From the NCBI RefSeq assembly GCF_001194135.2, contig NC_068998.1, positions 12,191,432 through 12,255,431 of the forward strand: a stretch of DNA of 64,000 bases, read 5' to 3'. This DNA is from Octopus bimaculoides (taxonomy: Eukaryota). Of the stretch, positions 50,419 to 62,025 are shown piece after piece. The notes beneath the pieces are model-generated. The model ran no database searches and was not told where the DNA came from. It saw only the letters and a list, made by a program, of their open reading frames with translations. The translations under genes were made by a program, and so were the position numbers. The first letter of the stretch is position 1, and each line of letters begins with the position of its first letter.

Positions 50419-53400
50419 GTAAGTAACCTCACCATCTTTATCATTATGATGATGATCGTCATCATTATGATGATGATTGTCATCATTATGATTAACACTA
50501 TCATGCTGATCATCATTATGGCCATCATTGTTTTAACACTTGTCAAGGGTTAAATAAGTTTGTAGTTCAACATATTACCACTACTCTTAACCGTGTGTCA
50601 TCTAGTCTCCAATATCTAAAATCCAGAGATCTGTTTTCATCATTTCTTCTTCTCTGCTGTGACTACCATCCATTGTAATTTTTTGTGGATTTCGTTCCTA
50701 AAACTTGAATAGTCTGTCACAGAGTTACTCATTTACAGATGAATGTGTTGGAGCAACTTGAAATGAAGTATTTTGCTCAAGAACACAACTCTAGGAACAC
50801 AATCTAGGAATTGAAACCACAATTTTGTGATCATGAGTGCAACACCCTAACCACTAGGCCATGTGCCTTCTCTAGCCAAAACAGAACCTCAAAGATGAAG
50901 TTTCCTTCTGGGGTCAGAAAATATTTTACTGCTGATTAGTTGCAGGTTCTCTAAAAAAGACCAACATTGCAGTAATTCTTCATCTTTGAGGATACTTCTG
51001 TTACACACAAAAACATCTTAAACTTTATTCAGAGGAAGACCTCTGACTAATTAACAAAGATTTCCTTCTGATCAGGCTACAACCACTAAGATCAAGTACA
51101 ATTTATTCTCAATGCATTTTCTTCCACTTACTACAACAGCTCCTGCTCTTCTGGACTAGCTAGCCAAATACTATATCTGACCCTCAGAACTGGCACTAAA
51201 CATTTTGCTCAATCATTCTCACACTGCACTGCAACTGTGTTCATTTCCAAAACATCTTGCACTTTGCTAGTTCAGTCAACTAGTTCGTTAAATAGGCAAC
51301 AGTAACATAGCCTGGAGATGCTGAAGTCCAACAGAAGTCAGTAGATTTGTCCATCCAGCAATGGAAACATTATACCTTTAGCATTTATACTGGCCTTATC
51401 TGGTTCAAATATTCTATTTGTTTTATGTTCAAACTGGCCAGATCTAGCTTTTCATGCATATCCTACAATGTCATTCTAGAAATAAACACTCGCATCATCA
51501 AAATTTCAAAGCTATGAGATAATGGAATGATTAATTCAACAGAATGTGAATAAATAAGCATTACATTTGACAGAGTAATCTGAACGCTAAAATAATGGTC
51601 ATACAATTGACTCTACAAGATTTATCACACTTGTGTGAGAAAATAAGTAGGTGCAGATATTGCTGTATGAATGTCACAACTTCCCATTATCAACTCATCC
51701 TGTAAAAATAAATAAATCTTTTGTGCTTAGACAAAATAGAACTCAGTAATAACTTTTTTTTTTTTCTTTTACTTATTTCAGTCTTTGGATTGCGGCCATG
51801 CTGCGGCAGAGCCTTGAAGGGTTTAGTTGAACAAATTGACATCAGTAATTTTTTTTTTTCTAAGCCTGGTCTTTTTTTTTTTTGTTGAACTGCTAAGTTA
51901 TGGTGATGTAAACAAACCAACACTGGTTGTTAAGCAGTGGTTGGGGACAAACACAATCATAAAGACACTTGCGCATATATCATTATCATCATCATTTAAC
52001 GCCTGGCTTCCATGCTGGCATGGGTGGGACAGTTTGACAGGAGCTGGCTAGGCAGAAGACTGCCCCAAATTTCTGTGACTGCTTTGGCAGGATTTTTACA
52101 GCTGGATGCCCTTCCTAACACCAGCCAACCACCCACCCACCCAGCAGAGTGGACTTAGTGCTTTTTATATGGCATAAGCACAAGTGAGATCAGTTTTGGC
52201 AAGGTTTTTACAGCTTGATGCCCTTTCAAATGCCAACCACTTTACAGTGTGGACTGGATGCTTTTTAAGTGGCACCTGCACTGACAGGGTCACCAAGTAA
52301 CCTGCAAGACAAAAATCTTTTGAGAAGGAACGGGCATTGGAGGAAGTGATCTTGTATCAGATGATGAAAGATTATAGTGAAACAGAGAGACAAAAACAGG
52401 TATCTTGCTGTAGGAGAGGTACAAAGTTACCCAGCTAGAGAGAGAGAGAGAGAGATCATAAATGAGGACAGACATAGGTGTGCTGCTGCAAAAGAGATAC
52501 ATGGTTATCCAACCTGGGGGAAGTGCAGGAGAAGAAGAGAGAGAGAATGTGAGACATCAGGATAGAGATGGTGGCAAAGTGCCAGGCACACTCACAAGGA
52601 ACAGGAATCAGAATATAAATGGGATGGTTGGGTAAAGGCAGAGAGAGATATAGATGATGGCAAGTGCCAGGGTATACTCTTGAAGTTGAAGGTTATAATA
52701 TGTGGCAGGATATTGCCAAAGAAGTGTGATTAGATTGTGGGGAGGGAAAGTGAGTGGTGAAAACCTGAGTATATAGAGTGGTGGTGGTGGTGATGGTGGG
52801 GCTACCGGATAGCAATGATACAGAGAAACATGGCCGTAAGGACAGGGTTGGGGAGTGAGAGGTAGGCATAGTGCATGAAGGAGGAAATGTGAGGAAGAGA
52901 AGAGATGTAGATTGGTTTGTTGGGGTAGAGTGTGTGAAAAGCTTTCTTGTTACATGTGGGTGGAACACAGATCAGGAGCTAGCAAAAAGCAATGATACAG
53001 TGAGACAAGGCTGAGAGGACAGGATTGAGGGGTGGGAGGTGTGTGTGTATGTATGTACAATTGGCATTGGGAAGGGCATCCAGCGATAAGAACCATGGCA
53101 AATAGGGCTGGAACCTGGTGCAGCCCTCCAGCTTACCAGTTCCAGTCAAACCTTCTAACCCATGCCAGCATGGAAAGTGGACGTTAAATGATGATGATGA
53201 TGATGATGATGCACATCATGTGATTGACCAGTCTATCAAATGTTATACATCCCTGGTCACAATGCACTTTGCATCATTTTAGCTTTTGAATGATGTCACT
53301 GCTGGCAAGGCGAGCAGGCCAACATTTCCTCTGATCAGAAAGCCAGTCCACCCAAGGGTTACCCATTTACAGCTGAGTGGACTGGAGCAACATGAAATGA

Positions 53401-53616
53401 AGTGTTTTGCTTGGTCTGGGAACCAGACCTACAATCACTAGATTGTGAGTGTAACACCCTAACCACTGGGCCACACATTTTCACATATACATACATATAT
53501 ATTTTTGTTTTTATTTTTATTCTCTTGTTTCCCTTTATACTTCCTGTATCCATCCTTTTCCAAAATAACTCCTTATATTGAACTCTACTAATCCCTCCAG
53601 TTAACTCTCTCATATC

Positions 53617-53664
53617 GTCTCTGATGAAGGGATATCCCTAATATCCCAGAAACAGCTGTAAGAC
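53617..53664 (+). ncRNA. Minimal type I hammerhead ribozyme motif (Penelope-like element associated)
   Basis: GTCT-CTGATGA-A-GGGATA(TCCCTAA)TATCCC-A-GAAA-C-AGCT-G-TA^-AGAC: both catalytic boxes, 6-bp stem II, 2-bp stem III with palindromic AGCT loop, GUA triplet and 4-bp stem I. There is an A.A mismatch at the base of stem II. Confidence 0.65.
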
Positions 53665-54114
53665 TACCTTTGTCTTTATAAATATCCTATAAATTCCACA
53701 CAGCCTTGGCTTTGATGTCTCATTATATTTAACATATACATGCGCACACAAGACTCGCATTAGACTCCTCACTCGTATTATTATCAAGAGTCTAACTACG
53801 GTCCTCCCTTAGCACTTACATAGCCTTACCTGCCATCTTGGGTCTTCTGAATAACATTACTTTTAAATCCTTACATATATATACATATGATGGGTGTCTT
53901 TCAGTTTCTGTCTACTAAATCCACTCAAATGGCTTTGGTCAGCCTAGGGCTATAGTAGAAGACACTTGCTCAAGGTGCCATGCAATGAGACAGAACCCAG
54001 AACCATGTGGTTGGGAAGTAAACTTCTTACTACACAGTCACAACTGTGCCTGTGAGTTTTTTTTTTGTGTTTTTTTTTTTAATAACTTTTTTTTTTTAAT
54101 ACTTGTGTTGACAG

Positions 54115-54317
54115 GTTCGGATACTGCTGACAGCAATACGGAGAGTAATCATCGGGGAGCTAACTGTGAAAGTTCTACTGAGACAGAAGTGACAAACGAT
54201 GAGAAAGACATATGTTCCGTATCAAACACAGATGACTGGCTTGCACTGAGAGTGTGTGGTGGCTCTCGCACTTGGAAATTTCCATCTTGTTTCAATATAC
54301 AACGTGAAGACACTTAA
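54115..54317 (+). CDS. CCDC142: CCDC142-like last coding exon
   Basis: gttgacag|GT TCG...ACT TAA; ends NTDDWLALRVCGGSRTWKFPSCFNIQREDT*, matching the CCDC142 C-terminal WLALR...W-x-x-P-x-C motif. The joined CDS is 2802 nt (933 aa) with all phases consistent. Confidence 0.88.
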
Positions 54318-57300
54318 TCAATGTTGATAATAGTATTTTTACAGCTGGACAAAAAAAAAAGATAACTTATTTTACTATGTGTAAGAAGAAAAAAATGGGG
54401 GGGGGGGAAATGAGTGTTTTTTTCACTTTGTATATACTAATTATGTAATAGTGTTGTTTTTATGGAACTCTTATTTATTTCTCTCTCAGAAAACCTAATT
54501 CACTTGTGTGTCATTTAAAAAAAAAAAAAGAAGTATTTTTTATCTATTAGAGAGTGGAAAGCAAGCAGGATTGAAAAATGGGGAACTCCAGACTAAATGC
54601 TTTACAGTATTTAGTTTTTGTCCCTTTAACAATTGTTAAGTTGAAATCCCACCAGGGTCAATTTTGCCTTTAAAATAAGTATCAGTTATATACTGGTTGA
54701 CATCAATTGATTATATCCCTCCCTTACAAATTTGTGGCCTTGTGCCTGTATATGAAATCCTTATTTTATAGTTAGAATGTTCTGAGTTGGCATAAATATT
54801 AGAGTACCCAGACTAAAGGCATTATACCATTTACTATTTTGTTCCTGTGTGCTCTGAGTTGACTTTGCCTTTTATCTCACTTGGGTTGATTAAAATAGGT
54901 GTTAGTAAAATATGTACTGGAGTTAGTTTTGTTGGTTTGACTTAAGCCTTTGCGCCTAAGCAAAAACAAAAAAAAATTTTTTTTCTTTGTTCTTTTTAGA
55001 ATATTAGCATTGAATACCATAAAAACTGATAAACTCCTTGTGAGCGAAATCCACGACCCAGTTGTAGCTATTTCAGTTCACTTTATGCTGCTGATGTTTT
55101 TGAGAAAAGCATGAACATCTCTTAAGTCTCATCTCATCCCTTATTCCCTATGAATCTGAACCCCTTGTGCCTATGTAAGAAATCGGTATTTTATCTTTAG
55201 AGAAGTTTAAAATTATATTTTATTTATTTATTTATTTAAAAGTGAAAAACCAACACGTTATGAGGTTGTTGGTAGTGTTGCCGTCGGTTACCAGAAATCT
55301 GCTCTGATTGAGCTGAATGCATAATATATATAAACAAAGGTATCTGGCAGACAGATTTATACATACCACATAATAATTATTGTTCACTCATAAGCCATCA
55401 GCTGTACTCCCTTAATACAAGCAGTATTCTCCTGCCTTTAAATCTGGTGTTTGATTTAACCAAACCTCATAATGTGGATTACTTTGTAGCTGCGACCTTC
55501 ATGTCTGCTGTTGGATCTTGTTTCTGTGTTGAAAACAATGACTAACTTAAAGTAAAGATTCCAATGATGTATTATCAATTCGTGTCTCTTACATAGACAG
55601 TATCTTGTTGGTTGCTGTAGTAGCCATCATGTAATATACATACATCTCTCATTGGTTGTTGTCTTGACTGGTAATATAATATTTTACAGATGGTCTCTCA
55701 TTGGCTGCAGTGTTGGCAGGTCATGTACAGAAGTACTCTCTCATTGGCTTCTGTTTTAGCAGGTCATATGACACACTTTAGAAGCTCCCTTGATGACCAA
55801 ACAAATTGGTTGGTACATAAGTATTATATCAAATCTTTTGAATTTTTGAATCATTTAAAAAAAAAAAAAAATTTCATTTCACTTACACACATTATTTATC
55901 TACCAATTGCACATGCTGTGTATGTATGGTGAACAACTGTCCTGTTATTTGATTTTTTATTAAATCCCTGACTAACCCATTTACAGTTTAGCAGTGGGTG
56001 TTATGTGAGGGCCGAGGACCGGCTGAGTTGAAGAAGTTGATGGCTTTTATCCTGTCAGTGACACTACACTATATCCGTAGTCGAAATTCTTAACTCTCAA
56101 TGACCCAGATCAGTTAAATGAAAAAAGGCACTATATTGTGGTATTTAGTTCATCACTAAAAACAATAACAACTGGAATTCAACTCATTTTTTTAGGAAAG
56201 TTATCTGTGATAGACTGGCATCCTTTCCAGAGAGAGGTTTCTCTCTCACTGTATAGTATTACAAAAACTGAAATTGAGCACTGGTGCAGAGGAATTTTTG
56301 AAAAGATTAACTGTAATGGTTGGTGTGATTTCAATATGAATCAGTTGATAGGCGCCTATTGAAATTTAAATTATTAAGTGAAGTAAACAAGTTACTTTGA
56401 CAGAGCTCATGTCTTTTCAAGTAACACTCTTGAGAGGTGTTTTTTTAAATTATTTTTTTATAGTTTATTAAGAAGGAAAGGCAGCACCCATGCAGATCCT
56501 TCGAAATTGGTGGTAGAAAGAGAGGAGTTATTCTCGGACTAGAGGATAACTGGTTAGAATATATGCAACTGGGTGGGCTCTGCTAACAGCACCCATAGAC
56601 CAGGTGGTGGGTGTTAAACTAGTCATTAGATTAATTCTACCACCGCAAGACCAGGTACAGTCCACCCACTGGGCTTCCGCACAATTTCCATCTATTCAGT
56701 TGCACTGCCAAGGCTTGTGTTGATTCGAGCCTGTGGTAGAAGATATTGGATCCAAAGTGGTGCAGAGTAGGACTGAACCTGGACCCATGTGATAGTGATG
56801 CAAATTTCTTAACCACACGGGTCATTGAGATATACTACTGAATGGTGCTTACTCAGTATTGGGCTGTGTCAATTGAGAATGAAGTGTCCTTGCCATAAAT
56901 ACATGATAATAATATCTGTGACGGGATATACACTTTTGAGCCTTAGAAACAGTGTCCCTCTTACTGATGAGGGTGAATGAGGTGGGACACAACTGTTAAG
57001 TAAATTTTGGTCCATGGCCCTTTTTTGTTTTTTTTTTGTTTTTTTTATTTGATCTGATCTGATCTCATGGCGTGTGTGTATTAGAATGACTACTTACTGA
57101 CAGTTTGGAAATTAATTTGTTATGTAACAGCGAAGAAAAGATTTTTGGGGGTCTGTTTGTCAGTCATTTACACTTATTTATTATTAGTTTGTTAACCTAT
57201 TTATTATAATTTCAGTGTTGATTTTGGTAACAATTTGTAAAAACAAAATCTCCACTGCAATTGTGCAACACTTTTTAAACAGAGAGAATGAATGTTTAAA

Positions 57301-58833
57301 CAGACTGATTACTGTTAGATTATATTAATAAAGATAATCATCACACCTCATACTGCTAAATTTCCTTCTTACCATTTCTTATCTGTTTTTTATTGTTGTC
57401 TTTTTATATTTTCTTTTTTCTTTCCCCTGTTGTTGTTGAAGGTCCAGGTCAACTTTCTTCAAGCAGGTCTGTGACCAAAGCTTATCAGCCATGACTGTGT
57501 TCTTCCATTTTTTAAAGATGTGGTTTGAGTGAATTCACTGCTATTTTTAGCATGTTGTGTAACCATGTAGAGCCTCCATCTCCTTTATGGCCTTTTCTTT
57601 CTCTTTGACCTTATATAATGTGTAAAATATCAATATATAGAAGAAAAGAAACTCTTGGTCTTTTCCATCTTATTCAAGATTAAGGAGAAAGTTTGTCTAG
57701 TTTACATCTGCACAGCTCATCCTGATTTGAGTCAATTCCTACTTTCTCTTAATTACTGCTCTCTTAGGAGTGCCAATCATAAGACTAAATGTGAGAAAGC
57801 CAAAGAGAAATCTGCATATGCAGAGACACCAAATTTCGGAGTGCACTTTGAGTTATGAGTGTAGCTAGGACAGTGGAGCTGCATTATAAAAAAAGAGAGA
57901 TTGCAATCTCAGAGAAGAACAAGTGTGTGTGATTTGCATATTAGTAAGAGATAACGATGGTATCTAGATTAAGTTGAAGTTCATGGATATTAGTGAAGAA
58001 GAAGGAAAATTGTTCAGTTCCTAAAGCTAGTTTATCAGGATGAAGAAAATAATGTAACTGAAGAATTCACAAAGTGAATGTTTAAAAATGCTGAAAAGTT
58101 TCACTGGAAAATGAAACATGGTTGGATGACAATGTAATGAATTTGAGAAATTACAAATCTATGCAGAAGGATAGCAATGCTAAAAGTGAAGATTTAATAA
58201 TTTACATTAACCCTAATTTAGTATTGAAACTGTCCATATCTGGCCAAAATATTCAACTTGTTAGAACTCTATTCCAGAACAATGAAATTGCAGGAAAAAG
58301 TCACAGTTATGCACTTTATATGAAACAATGCTCCAAAGAAAATAATTCTTATTTTTCTCAAAAGGTTATTAATGAATAGAATAGTTTGCCAGTCGTCATG
58401 TAGTAAATGAGAGAAAGGGAGCTTCTAATAGGTTACTAAAGTTTTTGTCACTTTTCAAAGAGAGAAGGACAGTATTAGGAAAGATAGGAGCTGGTCAACC
58501 AGTAGTTCTCAAATTGTCCAACACAAAGTCCTGTTCTCAAATGTTAGAGATAAATTGTTATCCTCTCTCTCTTTAGAAATGAGAGGACAAAAGATTTTGC
58601 ATCCATGTAATTCTCCTTTCTTTGCCATGGTGTTTCCATTATCTTTTACTTGTTCCAGTCAATAGACTGTGGCCATGCTGGGGCACCACATTGAAGAATT
58701 CTTTTAGTCAAATGAATTGACCCCAGTACTTATTCTATCAATCTTTTTTGCTAAACTGCGAAGTTATGTGAATGTAAACATACCAACACCAGTTGTCAAG
58801 CAGTGGTGGGGGATAAACACAGACAGACATACA

Positions 58834-59300
58834 TACAGGGTGTCCCCCCCCCCAAAAAAAAATATACTCACACTTTAAATAATTCAATGACTTAGAAACA
58901 AAATTAATGGTTCAAATTTACAAATACATGGCCAAAAAATGCACTCACTCTTTAAATGACAATAAATGCATTGCTTATTGACAATGATCAATGGTGAAAT
59001 GCAAAATGGATAAATGCATTTTTATAAATATTCAAACTGACGACCACGACTCTTCAAACACAGCTGATGTCACGGACCAATTAATTTGAAACCGTTACGC
59101 ATCATTTTATTTGGAACTGTGAGATATTGTCTTTTGATTTCCTCTATCAGCTGGTTTTGAGTGGTAAAACTTATCTTTGAGATATCCCCATAAAAAGAAG
59201 TCCACTGGAGTGAGGTCTGGTGAATGTGGAGGGAATTCAACACTACTTCTTTGCCCAATTCCTCTATTTGGAAAAGTTGCATTGAGATAGATCTGTAATG
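58834..59300 (-). mobile_element. Tc1/mariner fossil, 3' part
   Basis: YLNATFPNRGIG...FPPHSPDLTPVDFFLWGYLKDK motif; terminal TA|CAGGGTGTCC at 58834. Confidence 0.85.
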
Positions 59301-60474
59301 GACTGTGGATGCCTGGTGACAAGAATGGATCTTTAGTACCATATCACACAGCTGATATAATAAAGAGAAAATGAAGAGTACATATAAGTGCCAGAGGGGA
59401 AAAAGAGACACAACTGTATAAGAATGGTTAAGAAAACATTTATTGATATGTTAAATTCAAATTACGACAAACGTAAATAAACAAACGAAGTTTGCTTTTA
59501 GAAGCGTTGAGATGTCTTAGAAAGTTAAAGAAGTGATTTTAAATTCTCAATCACACCTACACTTTTCTCTGCAAAATAGGGGTAGTTTATCCTGTTCAGG
59601 CTATATTATTAGCATTTATTGATATGTTAACATGTGTGTCTGTGTGAGCATCATGTATACAGAATAATAGACAGGCCATCATGAGAACAAAGTGTATGTG
59701 TGTATAGATGTATACGCATGTGTTAAGAACATTTAAGGATGGCAATGAAGAGGGAGACAGTGAAAGAGTCTGTAGCCATTGGAGAAATTCATAGCTACAA
59801 GAATAATAATACCAGTTTGTAGTCAATAGTACATGGTAGGTGAAATACTGTATCAAGAAGTCGTGGCCATGATGCTGAGCCAGTTACAGGTGTATGTCGT
59901 ATGTGAAGTCATGGCTGTGATGCTGCTGCCTGGGTCATTTGATACAGAAGTTAATGCTGTTGATCCATTGTGAAGTGTTGGAACCTGGGTGAGTTGCTTG
60001 TTGCGCTGTGTACAAAGAGAGATGATATTGACAACGTTGAAAAGGACATGATGGTGGCGATGAAGAAGGAGGTTGCTGTAATGCTGTTGGACGAAGTTGG
60101 TGAGTTTCAACGTGGTTGTTGTGGTAGTGGTGTTGTCACTGGAATGGGTTGTCTTTGTGGTCAGTGGCTAGACCTTAAAAAGTCTGGGACCAAAGACCTC
60201 AGAAAGAGGAAAAGCTGAGTTTTTATAAGGAGCTGTAGGCTAAAAACAGGGTTGTAAATAAGTTGTCCCACACGATCGTATTTAGGGCCTCTGACTGGTT
60301 ATATATGGCAAATTGGCGTGACAGAGTAAGAGACAAATTGCGCCAATACCATTCAATCAGAGCAGTGGACACAATGGGATCCAAATAGTGGCCAAAAGTT
60401 AGCTGTTCCCTGCTACGTTCAAATGCATGTATATATAATAAATGGGAGAGAGGAATTTCACCCGAGTCTATGCT

Positions 60475-61270
60475 AGAGGTCCTTATGTCATGGTGGTAGT
60501 GAAGAAATGCTCTATCTTACTGAAAGGAAATCTCTTTGTCAGCAAACAACTCTTTGACAGATGGAACAACGGATTCCTGCAGCAAATTTAGGTAAGCATC
60601 CCCAGTAACAGTTTGGTCAAAAATGAATGGCCCTAGGATATCCAATACTGATATCCCACATCACACTGTAACAACTGGTGAGTTCAAATGGTGTTCCATT
60701 TATATGAAGATTTTCAAGAGCCCAGTAGTTGCAATTATGTTGGTTAATTGAACCATTTAACTTAAAACTGGCCTCATTTGCCCAAACAATTTTGGATATA
60801 AATGCTGCATCTTCCTCACATTTGCCCAGGTACCACTCACAAAATTGAACTCTCCAGTCAGGATCATCTTCATTGAGAGCATAGATTAATATCAGAGTGT
60901 AATATTTCTAACCAACTCACTTTAGAATGCAATGGGCACTTGATTTGGGGATTCCCATCTCATGAGCCATTTGTCGTACAGATTTCTGTGGGAATTGACA
61001 AAGAGTTTCCAGCAATTGTTCATTTTTGTGGCGCCGGTTGATGACTGTGGTCTTCTTGAATGCTTCTTATGGACAATAAGCGTAGTTCCATCTGATTCAA
61101 ACTTATCTCATATGCAAGCAATGGTGTGTCGCGTTGGTGGATCTTTGTTTAAATGTCCTCTAAATTGTCTTTGGCCTTCCATAGCACTTTATGATAAATT
61201 TTCTTTCTTCAAAACTTATTCACACTTCTGCCATTACGAAGAAAGGGTCCTTACAGCGCATACCTGATGG
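60475..61270 (-). mobile_element. Tc1/mariner fossil, 5' part of the same transposase
   Basis: Frameshifted SFEERKFIIKCY...DPPTRHTI...[60 protein letters not shown]...FQ*DRA. Confidence 0.8.
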
Positions 61271-61277
61271 AAATCTC

Positions 61278-61607
61278 GGCGATCTTACTAAGTATCGGCC
61301 TTTTCCATAAAAAGTGTCTTCAGCGATCTTTACCAAAGATTGGCCTTTTCCGTAACACCCGCACGATCTTCACTATGGTGTTACGGTTAGTGTTTAGGGT
61401 TAGGGTTACGGTTAGGGACGCAATTCCCTAACCCAAACCCTAACCCCTTCAAAAGAAATCGCGCTCTCTGTATCTCTTTCGCTGTTATGACGTCGTTTCC
61501 GTTTCTCTCCAACACTTTTTACGGAAAAGGCCGATCTTTGGTAAAGATCGTCGAAGACACTTTTTACGGAAAAGGCTGATATTTAGGACTCGTACCGTAA
61601 GATCGCC
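61278..61607. mobile_element. Palindromic MITE-like element with internal telomere-type repeats
   Basis: Ends GGCGATCTTAC / GTAAGATCGCC, imperfect arms of about 80-90 bp with a duplicated ccttttcc(a/g)taa subrepeat; TTAGGG-like run at 61381-61417 and CCCTAA run at 61426-61447. No TSD seen. Confidence 0.7.
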
Positions 61608-61846
61608 TTTTCGGTAATTTATACCGATAAATATGCCAGCTACCGAAATTTACAGCAGCTTGGCTTATATTCCCCGAACGGTAAACCATTCACAAAACTT
61701 TGTTAACCCTAAAACCGGCGTTTGCACAAAGGGGTGGGTTACATCTCCGCCATGTGCGCATTTTTTTTAAAGCAAATGTTAAGTCCTCGCACCTACAAAC
61801 CTAGATGATCTGATGCCAATTTTGAACCCTTGACCAAAAATAAATG

Positions 61847-62025
61847 GGTACTACTAAAGCAGCGCGGACCCGAACGCGCTAGCTAGTCTTGAGTGGTCGA
61901 TCCTAACCCTAACCCGCGTGTGCAAATGAATACGTGTTTAGGGTTAGGGTTAGGATCGACCACTCACGACTAGCTAGCGCGGACGCCCGACTGCGCGTTC
62001 GGGTCCGCGCTGCTTTAGTAGTACC
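61847..62025. mobile_element. Merlin-like MITE with telomeric repeats
   Basis: Arms begin GGTAC (fits the Merlin GGNRM terminus); 8-bp TSD aataaatg at 61839-61846 and 62026-62033. The ~69-bp arms differ by one substitution and a 16-nt indel. Confidence 0.8.

Noticed and set aside
50335-50553. Met/Ile-rich ORFs on both strands
   Set aside because: Translation of the ATC/GAT repeat in a non-coding frame.
56955-57002. Second hammerhead-like motif (ctta-CTGATGA-ggg...gaca-caactg-t-taag)
   Set aside because: GAAA is mutated to GACA, stem II does not pair and the cleavage triplet is incomplete; at best a dead relic.
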